A DNA stretch of 64,000 nucleotides from Eledone cirrhosa (taxonomy: Eukaryota): the NCBI GenBank assembly GCA_964016885.1, contig OZ024743.1, forward strand, positions 25,048,001 through 25,112,000, written 5' to 3'. Under the pieces are notes generated by a model. That model worked only from the letters and a program-made list of their open reading frames with translations. It was not told the origin of the DNA and did no database searches. Position numbers and translations under genes: made by a program. Positions 15,614 through 30,105 of the stretch are shown piece by piece (position 1 is the first letter of the stretch; every line of letters begins with the position of its first letter).

Positions 15614-15801
15614 CTGATGAGGACGTGATTCACGTACCTCTGAAATATGTATAATAAAATTTAATTGATCACAAGAACATCTATTTTATTAATATTTTAA
15701 TTTAATATTAATAACTCTGGAAAATATTTTTTGCAGAGTGCTTCCAATCCACTGTAAAACTCATTCTTTGATATACTCATTGAATCTTGTTTAACTCTTT
15801 T
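15614..15801 (+). mobile_element. Family L element beginning exactly at the HHR core
   Basis: CTGATGA-GG ACGTG ATT CACGT ACCTCT-GAAA-TATGTATA-ATAAAAT. Tail matches 54445-54606. Confidence 0.75.
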
Positions 15802-15832
15802 ATACATATATATATATTTATACATATATATA

Positions 15833-15936
<104 letters not shown>

Positions 15937-16031
15937 TATATACATATATATACATATATACATATATACATATATGCACCCCCCAAAAAATATATACGTA
16001 TATATATGTATATATATATATATATATATAT

Positions 16032-16122
<91 letters not shown>

Positions 16123-16468
16123 CATATATATGTTATATATATGCATATAGAAAAAATAAAAGGTATGTATATATATTTGTGGGAGTGTTTGTGTGTTTAC
16201 ATTTAAATTTACTATTTGTAGTAAACGTTCGCCAAAATAAGTACGAAGTCTTATAGTCTGTACTAGGATCAACTAAACCCCTCAAGTGCCTTAAGTTGAT
16301 ATTAGTTTGCAGACTGAGAAGAGTAAGATAATATGGTTGTTTTTTCGTTCAAATACACACACACAGGCACACAAACATATATATATACATACATATATAT
16401 CTATATCTATATATACATTCATGCATGCATACACACACAGTATGTAAGTATGTATGTATGTATATATA

Positions 16469-16562
<94 letters not shown>

Positions 16563-16605
16563 TATATATACATACATACATGTGTGTATATGCATGCATG
16601 AATAC

Positions 16606-16684
<79 letters not shown>

Positions 16685-16849
16685 CATATATATATGCATG
16701 TACATATATATAGGTTTGTGTATATATATGCATATATATATATATGCATATATATAGAAACAAATAGATAAATATATATATATATATATATATATAAATA
16801 TATATATATGTAAATATATATATATAAATATATATAAATATATATATAT

Positions 16850-16942
<93 letters not shown>

Positions 16943-17027
16943 TATATATATGTATGTATATGTTCTCTTCCCGAATGAGCACTGTTCTCCTTTTTCCATT
17001 TTCACACCTACGGATATTTCTAAATAG

Positions 17028-17148
<121 letters not shown>

Positions 17149-17195
17149 TAGATAGATAAATATACACGGGTGTGTATGATTGTGTATAGAAGATT

Positions 17196-17574
17196 ATATT
17201 AATAAAAGGAATTCCAACATGTCTGATTTACTCGTTTTATTTACAATCCTTTAAAATTTATAATGGTATTATAATGAAATAGTATGATAGAATATTAAAT
17301 CTTAAGTGTTAATTGAACAAGTACTTTCATGCTTTCGCAATCGTCAGGTTCATAATGTATGGTGACAGTCAAGTTTGTAATTTTCAACTGTGAAAATTGC
17401 AAACTTGACTGTCACCACATATTATGAACCTGAAGATTGCGAAAGCATGAAAGTACTTGTTCAATTAACACTTAACATTTAATATTCTACCATACTATTT
17501 CATTATAATACCATTATAAATTTTAAAGGATTGTAAATAAAACGAGTAAATCAGACAAGTTGGAATTCCTTTTA

Positions 17575-17581
<7 letters not shown>
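17196..17581. mobile_element. Family M fold-back element with ~190-bp arms and one HHR per arm
   Basis: 17196-17384 is the reverse complement of 17393-17581 with few mismatches. The right end runs into (TA)n. Confidence 0.9.
17425..17463 (+). ncRNA. Minimal type I hammerhead ribozyme (family M); mirror copy at 17314-17352 (-)
   Basis: TGAAC-CTGAAGA-TTGC GAAA GCAT-GAAA-GTAC-TT-GTTCA. GNRA loop 2, palindromic AAGTACTT stem III, CUU site. The mirror copy has CTGACGA. Confidence 0.85.
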
Positions 17582-17628
<47 letters not shown>

Positions 17629-17719
17629 TATAGGTATATATATATATATATAAACATATATACATACATACATGTATACATCTCCATGTGGGTGCGAGTT
17701 TGTATGCCGCTATATATAT

Positions 17720-17774
<55 letters not shown>

Positions 17775-18269
17775 ATGCATACACACAGATTCCGTGGATT
17801 GGTGTGACGTCAATACCAAAATTCGGTGGTATTCCTTGCATAATCTTTCTCACATATTTTTGCATATAGTACCTGTTTTCACGGCAGAGGAATACACAAC
17901 GCATTCATGAATATGTTAGGTTGGGCCTCAGTCGGCTTTAACGATGAGGGCTCCCTTTGTCCGAACAACCAAACAGCTGGTTCATGAATTAACATGCAAG
18001 TGTCTGATGTTTCTGTAGACGGTTTCACACTTATTGTCATTCTTAGGATTATTCAGCGTGACACAGTTACTGATAAGGCTGGGCCTATGAATTACAGGTA
18101 CACTTATTGTTTGCCACATGACTGAACTGGAGCAAGAGGAAATAAAATAAGTTGTTCATAGACACAACGGACAGTAAGCTAAACATCCTTGATTGATAAA
18201 TATGTAGAAAGATAGTTAGATAGAGAGAGATACAGAGGGGGAAAGAGAGAGAGAGAGTGAGAGAGAAAC

Positions 18270-18344
<75 letters not shown>

Positions 18345-18656
18345 GAGTGATTCCCTTGGGGTGGATTTAAGGATCTTCAAAGCACCTGGGTATTCTTCAT
18401 TTTCAAGTGAAATAAGACTAATTCGAGAGGAGAAATACAAATTTGAACAACTGTATCAAAGTCGCTCATTCATTGAAGGAACCTGAGATGTGGTGGGGGA
18501 GGGGCTAGTGTATTGTGTAGTGAAAGTGATGCAAGTGCCCTAGCTTGGCCCGTGCACACAGTATAGAACAGCTAAATGATTAAGGCCGTAGGAGAATACA
18601 CACACACCGACACCCACACACGTACACACACACGCGCGCGCACACTGACACAAACA

Positions 18657-18702
<46 letters not shown>

Positions 18703-18884
18703 ACATACACACATATATATATACATGTATATATATATACATATATACTTATATACATTCATATATATACTGTATATACTTATATACATTCATATATATA
18801 TATATACTTATATATATATATTATTGATATGTATATATATATACATTACATAATATATACATTCATATATATATACACACACAC

Positions 18885-18986
<102 letters not shown>

Positions 18987-19085
18987 ATTATATACATATG
19001 TTACATAAAAATATATATATTCATATGCGTACATGCACACACAAGCAGATACACATACACACAAACACATATATATAGGGAGTAA

Positions 19086-19156
<71 letters not shown>

Positions 19157-19313
19157 GTGTGTGTTAGTGAGTGTAAAAGCAAGTGTGCCTTTAGCTTTGG
19201 AAAAAGGTGAATACACTTTATAACATGAAATTAATCATCTTATCAGTTTCATCAAACGTGCGAGTGTGAGTGTTTGTGTGTATGTGTGTGTGTGTGCGTG
19301 TGCGTGTGCGCGC

Positions 19314-19358
<45 letters not shown>

Positions 19359-19667
19359 TGTGTTAGTGTGTTTGCGCGTGTAGGCGCGCAATGCGATTGA
19401 GCAGCTGGGCGATGAATAATTATTTAGTGTGCGCATGTACATATATATATATATAACGAAGGAAATGTGGTAAGGAACCAAGTGGACCATAACGCACCAA
19501 AGTACTCAATACTTAGGGTAGTAGAGTGGATAATAGGAACAAGTAAGACCCCGACGGCTGAGCTCAAGCCGTTTCGACGGCTAATTCTGGACTGAGTAAA
19601 AAATTTTACTCAGTCCAGAATTAGCCGTCGAAACGGCTTGAGCTCAGCCGTCGGGGTCTTACTTGTT

Positions 19668-19706
<39 letters not shown>

Positions 19707-19716
19707 GTGTGTGTGT

Positions 19717-19772
<56 letters not shown>

Positions 19773-19782
19773 GTGTGTGTGT

Positions 19783-19832
<50 letters not shown>

Positions 19833-19846
19833 GTGTGTGTGTATAT

Positions 19847-19931
<85 letters not shown>

Positions 19932-19950
19932 TATATAAATGTGTGTGTGT

Positions 19951-20006
<56 letters not shown>

Positions 20007-20311
20007 GTGTGTGTGTATATATATATAAAAACATTAATACATAGACAAATACATACTCCTTGTTCGCTAACGAGTAGATAATGAATATGTTTTAATATAG
20101 ACTTGGAGGAGGAGACTGATAATCTGTTGGTTTGAAGGGAATAGAATTCGTTTTATGTAGATTATAGTCCCACTCTACTACCCCAAGTATTGAGTACTCT
20201 GTTATATATATATATTATTGTGCCAAAGGTAGAAACAATTATCTATCTATCTACACACACACGCACGCACACACCACACACATATATATATATCTATATA
20301 CACACACACAT

Positions 20312-20354
<43 letters not shown>

Positions 20355-20360
20355 TACACG

Positions 20361-20400
<40 letters not shown>

Positions 20401-20473
20401 TATACACACACACATATATATTTATATATATATATATACATATATCTATTATCTCTCTCACGCTCTCTCTTTA

Positions 20474-20512
<39 letters not shown>

Positions 20513-20575
20513 CATATACATACATATACATATATATATATATTTATATACACACATACGTACATACACACACAA

Positions 20576-20615
<40 letters not shown>

Positions 20616-21581
20616 GTGTGTATGCTGTATATACATTTCCTTCCAGATTCCATAAAATAATGGATTAGCCAGGCACTGATGTCGCTTTAAATTGAATGTA
20701 TTGCCTATTTTAGAGACCATTATCAACAGTAATTCTTGTTTTACCTCCTTCTCAACACTGATAACGCTCTCGCCATGACCATCCAATCTTATTTTTGATA
20801 ATACATCCAACATTTCATTATCCAATGTAAACTTCTTTATTTAAGATTGTAGAGTGCTGATTTAATAGAGATTTGGCTGCTATTTCATGCATGTTGACTC
20901 AGATGATTTCCCTTTGGTTTTAGTGAAAACAATGTCGCCTACCATTTGATTAATTGTTTAATTTACTGCCTACTTCCAAACTACTATATTTAATTTTTTA
21001 AATTCCTGCCCACTTAAATTGTTGACTAAAACTGCAATTCATAACCTGAGGTGAAATTTCAGTGAAATTTCACAATTCCAGCTAGTGTCAATATTAAGGT
21101 TGTTAATATTGAATTAATACGTCTGTTAATGTTTTACAATAAATTTGATGTTTAGTCGACTCCCTTTTTTTTTTCATCATACGTGAACTTGGGGTTGGAA
21201 TCGAAATGGAGAACAAATAAAGGGGGCGGGAAATATGAAAAAAAAAAAAAAAAAATGCGGGTGTTAAGAAACACTGATTCAAGCTTTTCATCCAACTGTG
21301 ACTGATTGAGACAGACATACCAGTCATGTACTGGGTAGATTCAGTTAACTATACTTTCTTACCTAAAGATTTGATGATGCTTCATAACCACTAAAAACTT
21401 AGTCTTTGAATTCACTTGTAAAATATGTTACTTCACTCAAGTTTTTTTTTCTATTGAAATTGAAACTTTGGAGAAAAATATTGTTGTTGTTGTTATTGTT
21501 GCTGTTAATTTAAATTTTATTTATAGTTCCCGAAAATTGAAGACATTACAAGTGGGAAATGTAAACCATCTTAGCCAGTTA

Positions 21582-21617
<36 letters not shown>

Positions 21618-22732
21618 GGAAAGGGGAAGATAGATAGATAGAGAAAATAATGGTTTCTTACATAATAAGCACAAGAGCCAGAAGTATATGGGTAAATAAG
21701 AGTCGATTATAACGACTTTGGAAAGGTGTAAGGCAAAGTTAATCACGGTAGGATTTGAACTGAGAATGTAAAGAGCCGTAAGAAATGATCGTAAGCCATT
21801 TTCTCTGACGTTCGAACTATTCTACCAACACACCACCCTTAATGTGAGAGAAATGTCAGCCAAAGAACATGTGTTTCTCTATATGTGCGTGAGATGTGAG
21901 TGTTTCTATGTATGTTAATGTTTAGTGTGAATGTATATGTATGTGTAAATATGTATGTTAACTACGAATATGCGTATGTGTATAGGTGTATGCGTATTTG
22001 TGCATGCGTGTATGTTTGAGGGAAAAAGAAAGAGGAAGTTATATGACGTGGTTATTATTATAAGTAGTAGTAGTGGTGGTGGTGGCGGTGGTTGGGTTGG
22101 TGGAAGGGTTTTTAGATGTTCTCGGGCGAAGGTGTAAACAGACCGCCCCCTTTCTAGATAAACCAGTTACTAAACAGGTAGGTAGGCCTGAGTGAAAGGT
22201 CGGTGGGTCGAAGTTATCAGTGTGTGTGTGTGTCGGCTGGCTGACTGACTAGTTATCTGTTAGTCTGTCTATCAATCTGTCGGTCTGTGCCTGACCAGCT
22301 GGCAGTAGTTGGCTGGTTTGATGGTTAGTTTGTGTTGGGCTGATTTATTTTTCGTTATTTAGTTACCTACTTGGCTGGCCTTGCCGGGTTGGCTGGTATT
22401 TCGTGTAAACCGAAAACAACAATAGCAACAATAACATAAACCTTGGAAAAAAATAAACCCACCATTACAGCAACAACAAAGGAGAGAGGGGAAGTGTAAA
22501 TGATAAATATTAATCATAAAGCAAAAGAAAGCCCTAACCAGGATCTTGTAGAGGCTGGCATGGTTTGTTACATAAATGTTTGATTACTGAAGAACACTTA
22601 CAAAATACAAAAAAAAAAAAAAAAAAAGCTAAACAACAACAAAAAAAGAAAACAAAAAAACAAAGAAAAAACAACTTTGCACATATTTCCAACCAAACGC
22701 AATTCCTCTTTGCCTCTCTCCTTCTCCCTCAT

Positions 22733-22805
<73 letters not shown>

Positions 22806-22848
22806 CATTTAATATAATATAATATATATATATATATAATATAATGTA

Positions 22849-22919
<71 letters not shown>

Positions 22920-22929
22920 ATATAATATA

Positions 22930-22961
<32 letters not shown>

Positions 22962-23000
22962 TTCCTTTTTCAATTATATTTAATTATTTTTTCCCGATTC

Positions 23001-23019
23001 TCTTGTTTTTTCCTCTTAG
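23001..23019 (+). other. Possible splice acceptor upstream of the ATG
   Basis: Pyrimidine tract TCTTGTTTTTTCCTCTTAG ends about 20 nt before the ATG. It could equally be pyrimidine-rich 5'UTR. Confidence 0.3.
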
Positions 23020-23040
23020 TTTCTTTTACAACTAAGTAAC

Positions 23041-25899
23041 ATGGAAATAGCAGCAACACCAACAACGGTCAACTCTACCCCTACTCTTACTACTACTCAT
23101 ACTATTAATAAAACCAACAGCACCAGGAATAATAAGAACAACAAAAATAATAATAACAACAATAACTACTACGACAACAACAGTGTCAGCAAGAAGAAAA
23201 AAATTAGTAAGAAAAAGACTTTGAAACTAACCATGCCAACAGGAATGCCAGCTTCAACACAGAACCATAATGGTAGGACATCTTTGACGGCACATTCCAG
23301 CAGTAAAGGCGATGTGAATCGTATTGATATGGAGGATAACATATATAACGGTGACAACGGTGATTACGATGATGATGATGATGATGATAATAATGATAAT
23401 GAATATGGTGATTGTGATAATGATGCCCATGATGATGATGATGATGTAGTTGTTCGTAAGGATGTTGATGATGGTGATGATGCTAATAATAGTGATGATA
23501 CTCATCATCTTTTCCGCCCTCGTCGTCACCGCCGTAATCTTCATGATAATTATGAAAGCAGAGCTTCTGCTTCTAAGATCGGCGTTAATAAAAACAACAC
23601 CAGCAACAAAAACAAACACAAGAAAGTCAACAACGATGAAAAAGATGATGATGTTGATGATGATGGTGATATTGTAATTAATAATGATAACGATGTTGAT
23701 AACAGCGATGATGTTGATGTGGATGTCGATAACGTAAGCAGTGGTGGAGGCGAGGACGATGTTGCTGTTGATAAAGATGAGTTGAGTGTTTGCTCTAAAG
23801 ACATAGGTTTGTGCTCGGGAGTCTACGCACACTCCAATGATTCCAGTTGCTCCGAAACGTCGGTTCAGGTTATGGTGGCAATGGATTCTTCTGCTACAAG
23901 CCTTGATGATAAAATTCTTCCCGTCGCTGCTCCCGGAGTCGAATTTCCGGCATTAGTTGCTCAACATCCACGTCAGCACAATTACCACCAGCACTACCAA
24001 CACCATCAGCAGCAACAGTCCCATAAACAGTCCCATCATTCTCACAGCCACCAACACCAGGAAAATTCCTATCAAAAACGCCAACAATACCAGCAGCAAC
24101 AACAACAACAACAACAACAACTACGGGAGCCGAAGCTGCAACAGATATCGCCACCACAACAACTCCAACAACACCACCAACAACAACAACAACAACAGCA
24201 ACAACAACCAGTATTACTATTACGTCCCAAAGCACAAAAACAAAAACTGCATCAACAACAACAATTCTATCATCAACAAAACAAACACCAATTAAAGCAG
24301 CAACAATTTCCTCATCACCATCATCATATACAGCAGCATCGTTCGGGAAGGGTGTCTCGGTTGGACAAGGATAGTCCCATAGTTCCGAGCACGAGCAGCA
24401 ACATCAATAGCAGCAGCAAATTCAGCAATAACAACACCAATAGCAGCAACGATTGCAGTGGTTGTACAAATAGTAACATCAACGATAGTTGTGGCTGCCA
24501 CAGCAGTAATAGTAATAATAATAATAATAATAATAATATCAATATTAATCGAAGTAGTTGTTGTTGTTATATTACACCAGTAAACAAAAGTAGCAACAAC
24601 TGCAACAACAACAACAACAACAACATCAACTGCAGGAGCAACAATAACTACAACAACAAGAGTAACAGGAATAATACTTGTAGTAAATCTACTGCCGTCG
24701 TTAGCACCGCCGCCGTCACTATTGCAAGTGGCATGGGAAGTAAATATGGCGGTATCGGTGTTGCAGATTCAACTGCAATAAAAACAACAACTACAACAAC
24801 AGCAACAGCAACAGCAAGAGGTTCAGCCACAACAACAGCAACAACGGCAATAATAACAATAGCAATACCAACATCGACAACAACAACAGCAAGCAACAAT
24901 GCAAATAATGTTAATATTAAGGAAAGGAGTAACGATGAGGACGACATAGTTATGATTACGACGGGTGTTAACGAGAAACATCAACAACAGGAGATTTCCA
25001 ACATGGATACGACGACCATCATATCAGACGAGGGACATAGATACAATAACAACAACAAACACATGAGCAAGAACAACAACGAGAACAATACTAGCAGTAC
25101 CAACAACAACAGCAAGTACAGTAACAGTAATAATAATAACTTTAAACATAATATGAAAAATAAGAGAGCACCAAACAGTTGCGCCTTGACTTCCTCCTCT
25201 TGCTCCGCCTTTCTATCATTTCCAGCCTCCTCCTCCTCCCCCTCCTGTGCTTCCTCTTTTATGCCCTCTCCTTCTTCCAGCCTCGCAACCCCTTCCTCCT
25301 CCTCTTCCTCCTCCTCCTCGTCATTCTCGTCGTTATTAATGAACGTCAACAATATTAGCAGCAGCGGCGGCGGAGGTGGAGGTACTGACACGGACGACAT
25401 GGATAATAACAGTAGTGGTGAAGGTAGTGGTGGGAGTAGTGGTGCTATTGAGGACGATTATGGTGGCGGCGGCGGCGGTGGCGGCGGCGGTGGTAGCTGT
25501 AGTAGTAGTAGCAGTAGTAGTAGTAACAGCAGCAGCCACAACATTGATGGTGGGGGTGGCGGTGTTGGTGTTGTTGGTGTTGGTGTTGGTGTTGGTGTTG
25601 TTGGTGTTGTTGGTGATGCTGGATGGGGCGGTAGTTTTGATAGTTGTAGGGGTGGTGTTAGTGGTGACTGCGTTAGTGATGGTGGCATTGGGAGGAGTGT
25701 CGGCCATGATGAAGGAAGTGTTGGGGTTGTTATTGTTGGTGGTGGTAGTGGTGGTAATGATGGTAGTAACAGTTGTATCGAACACTGTGGTAGTAGCAGC
25801 AACACAAGCAGCAGCCATAGGGGTGGCAGTATTAGTAGTGGCAGCGAAAGAAGCAGCGGCAACAACAAAAGCAGCAGTAGTTGCAGTAGTAGTAGTGTC

Positions 25900-25938
<39 letters not shown>

Positions 25939-27004
25939 GGAAGCAGTGGTAGTGTGACCAGTAGTATGGCTTTCACCAGTAGTAAGCCGACCGCGATACC
26001 TTTCGCTTCGTCTACCACGCTGAGCGCCGACAAAGCTACATCGGCGACAGTCGGCACCTCATTTTCTCCTCCTCCTCCACCTCCTCCACCTCCTCCTCCT
26101 CCTCCTTCTTCTACTCCTCCTTCCCCTTCTTCTTCTCCTTTCTCTTCCTTATCTCCCACCACCACTACCACCGCCACCACAACAACAACAACAAGCGCTA
26201 CTGCCGTTGTGGCCGCAGCGGCTGCAAGTGCCTCTGCAGCTTTTTCCGCGTTCTCCTCATATTCCACCCCTACAGCCTCTTCTGTCTCCTCTTCCTCCCT
26301 CTCCCCGCCCCACTTGCACTCACAATCTCTCGTCGGTCCATCCGCCACCACAGCCGCCGCCACTGCTGTCACTCCGGCTGCTACCATGGTGACCAGCTAC
26401 CCGGCCGTCACGCGACCATCTTTCTTAATATCAGACATTTTGTCCGGGAACACTAGTGGTTCCTCGTTGAACAACAACAACAACGGCAACAATAATAACG
26501 GAAATAATAACAACAGTATCAACAACAGTACAATCAGAACACCGAAAGCACACCACCATCACCATCACCACCATCACCACCATCACAACAACCACCATCA
26601 CACTAATAACAACAATAATAACAGTAGTAGTAGCAGTAGTAGTATTAGTAATATCAATGACAGTAACAGCAATAGTAGCCATAGTAGTAGTAGTAGTAGT
26701 AATAGTAGTCATAGTAACAACAACAATACTAACAATAACAGCAATGACAATGTCCCTCTCGGGATAGACAAATACGCCACAAGCTTAGCACACCATTTAC
26801 ATCTCACAGCGACGCATCAACATCCTGTAGAATATTCGTCTGTTGTTTTTGGAGGAGAGCAATCTTCTCCTGAAAATGTCCTGGTTAAGCATGCATTTGC
26901 GGCCAGGGACGCCCTGGACACGAGCAAAGTGGTTGGGAAATTGCTGCCAGTGGATGATACGGATATGTCACATATTGATCACTTAGCATCGTTCCAAAAA
27001 GAAG
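23041..27004 (+). CDS. Large low-complexity coding exon with an eh1 motif; probable first coding exon of an NK/Bar-class homeobox transcriptional repressor
   Basis: 1323-codon stop-free frame in a window where the other ORFs are microsatellite noise. Only triplet repeats occur (poly-N, D, Q, H, S, G, T, P), read in the frame that avoids TAA/TGA/TAG. Start context is AACATGG. eh1-type motif PSFLISDIL (FLISDIL at 26422-26442). Consensus donor AAG|GTGAGT lies at 27002-27010, just before the in-frame stop. No homeodomain is seen in the window. Confidence 0.75.
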
Positions 27005-27010
27005 GTGAGT
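27005..27010 (+). other. Splice donor (phase 1) opening a probably very long intron
   Basis: AAG/GTGAGT is a perfect U2 donor consensus at the end of the long ORF. Confidence 0.75.
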
Positions 27011-27554
27011 GAAGATTGACAAAAAAAAAAGAAAAGAAAACGGAGAAAAAAAATATATCCGTTTTCTCTACTTCTTCATAATTTTCTTTATTTCCGGGAT
27101 ATTTTCTTTAATCTTGTGTTAATGTTGTTTTAATTCTACTAGTTGTTATTGCTGTTGCCATTTTTGTTGATGTTATTGTTAACTCTATACAGGTCAATCC
27201 ACATTGAGTAGAAATGATGATCAAATGAAAGACGTTCAAGTTGTGATCTTGCAGTCATAGTAATGCATCCACATATATAACACTATCCAGTAATTTTCTT
27301 CACACACTATACACACAGACATATACACATCAGTAAAAAATAACACGTGGGACACACGCATACACAGAAGACCCCCTATATGATATGATATGTGAGTCCT
27401 GGCTTCAGTCGGGGGTAACCACAGTAAACTACTCAATAAATTTGTAGAGTGTAAACATGTTTAATATAGAAATGGCTTCTACAGGACTAGAACTGATAAT
27501 TTCTTTTGAATGAAACAATTCTAGTTCTGTAGAAGCCATTTCTATATTAAACAT

Positions 27555-27587
<33 letters not shown>

Positions 27588-30042
27588 ATGTGTGTGTGTG
27601 TGTGTGTGTGTTTTTAAAATAACAGTATTTAAAAATTCAAATATTAATTGATTTAGGTCTCAATCCTTCTCTTGTTTATTTTATATATTTTAAGATAGAA
27701 AAGTGTTATGTAAAGCGGATTTGTTAGTTATTTGTGGTAGGATGCGTGTTTGTGTTGAGGATCTTCCGAATGTGTTATGTTATCGTTGTTAGTATCTAAC
27801 TTGTAGGATATCAAATAGATAATATGATTCAATAGTGCACTGAGATTTGGACTGGTGAAAAAAAAACACCTTTATTTAAGTTTCAAACTACTCTGATATG
27901 ACTATGCTTTTCTATGGTCGATAGATGAAGTAGCAGTAATATATTGCGTTGATCCAATCACAGATAACATGTTCCACTTAAAATTTAATTATAAAAAAGT
28001 GGTTTTATATTTGGTCGAAAGATGGCAGGATTTTTAGAATGTTGTATTCTTCTGGCTATTCATGTTCTGACCTCAAATCCCGCCGAGGTCAACTTTGCAT
28101 TACATCCTTCAAGGATCGATAAAATAATGTACCAGTTAATAAAAATATAAACTACAAATCAAGCTACTCTCTCAAATTCTGTCTTTGAGCTAATATAAGA
28201 AATTATCATTATTGATTTCTCACCATGACAAACCGTCCAGTTTTGGGGGAAAGTTGTGAGTCACAACCAATTACACCTACTACAGCATTTCACTAGTACT
28301 TCTTTTATGAGGAGAAATGAAAAATACAGTTGACCTCCTTCGAGATTTGACGTTAGAATGTAAGGAGATGTAACTTAAATTATCTTTGTCTGGTGCTCAA
28401 CCGATTCTGCAATCCATTGTGCTAACCACCGTTATTATGATGCCAATAAAGGAAATCATTATTATGATATGGTTACGTCCCTTTGCGTTCAGATCCTGTC
28501 TAGGTTAACTTTGTCATTTATCTTTCTGGGATCGATAAAAGAAAATAGGAGTTAAATACTTCATTGATGTCTATCCCTGTCCCACAAAAAATGTGTCTTC
28601 TTGAGATTATGATAGAAATAAATGAGGCAGAAAGGTTATGGCACCGGACAAAAATATTTAGTGTCAGTTTCTTCGAAAGAAATTTTGCAAGGTTTGAACA
28701 AGATTGTTTTTAACATCCCACTCCCAGAGTGATGTAAGAGGCTCTCAAAATTCATGGGTTTGAGAGGTTGTTTTAAGAGGATTGTCAGATATTCATGTGC
28801 CCATTTTTGTCCCCCTTCAACCTTAGACTGATTTCTTTACATCGCCAGATCAGAAATCGAACAAGCTAGACTTAGCCATCTATTTCTCCTTGATCAATAA
28901 TATATAATGCTAGTTTTTGTTTTATTTTACTTGTGACGATATAATTGATCCTATCCAATAAATACTTGTGTTAAAGAATGATGGAGGATGGTAGAATGAG
29001 TAGAGCACCGAAAAAAAAAAAAAGACTTGCAGTATTTAGGAACGCCCTGAGTTAAAATCTTGGCACCGATAAAATAATTACCTGTCAAGTAATTACTGAT
29101 TTTGATTTAATTAATTATATCCTTTCCAAAATACATAAACAAAAATATATAACTGTGTGCTAACATGTCTATTCTGCAATCGTTTAATCAGCTATGACTT
29201 CTTAATAATTCAATGGAGCAATTTTATAGATATTATATAGTAATTAGTAGTAATTAGCAATAGGTAAACATAAACATAAATGGGTTAAACATGTGATGCA
29301 GTGCGTACTCTGTGTGCTCAGAAATGGTCCATAGCAAAGTTCATGTGGTCAAAAGCGAGTTTTATGTCCTCCTGTGATGCATAATACAATTAAATATAAA
29401 TAAATATTTGTGGGCCCCATTAACCTTCAGTTAAAGAAATGCTGTTTATAACATAGACACAAAACTGCAAGTCTTTTTAGTGTGGAAAAGTGGTGCAGAG
29501 TCAAATTACTCGAGCGTAGTGTGTTACCGGTACGTATTTTTACTTAGCCAGAGTAAGATCGAAGGCAAATTCAGCTTCGGTTGAATTTGATACAGATTTG
29601 AAACACAAGCTACACGCCACAATACTTTATGTTGAGTAGTGTAATCAGTTCAATCTATAGTGGATATGTAACTTGTACTATATTATAGCAACACTCCAAG
29701 AGATGAAACACAAACTCTACATCAGGATTTGAACTGAGACTATAAATGTGAGTACCGTAAGTAAAATGTGTAATTTCGAAAGACAACTGTAAACTTATCG
29801 TCACTCCCAGCAGTCGTACAGTGATAGGCTTCGTTAGTATATTTTAGGAGAATTCTGTTACTTTATTATTGGGTTTGGCAAACAGTGCCATCATACTCAC
29901 TAATTGTGTCTATTCTGTATGATGAGGTGCAGTTCCTCATTGAGTGAGTGGGTCAGGTCCGGAGATTGGTGAAATAAATTCGGTGGCTTTCGTATAGTGT
30001 ACCCCCCCCCCCCCCCCACGCACACACACACGCGCGCTCGCG

Positions 30043-30105
<63 letters not shown>

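Noticed and set aside
25336-26712. Long antisense and alternate-frame ORFs overlapping the big exon
   Set aside because: They are by-products of triplet repeats. Only the 1323-codon frame has a motif and a splice donor.
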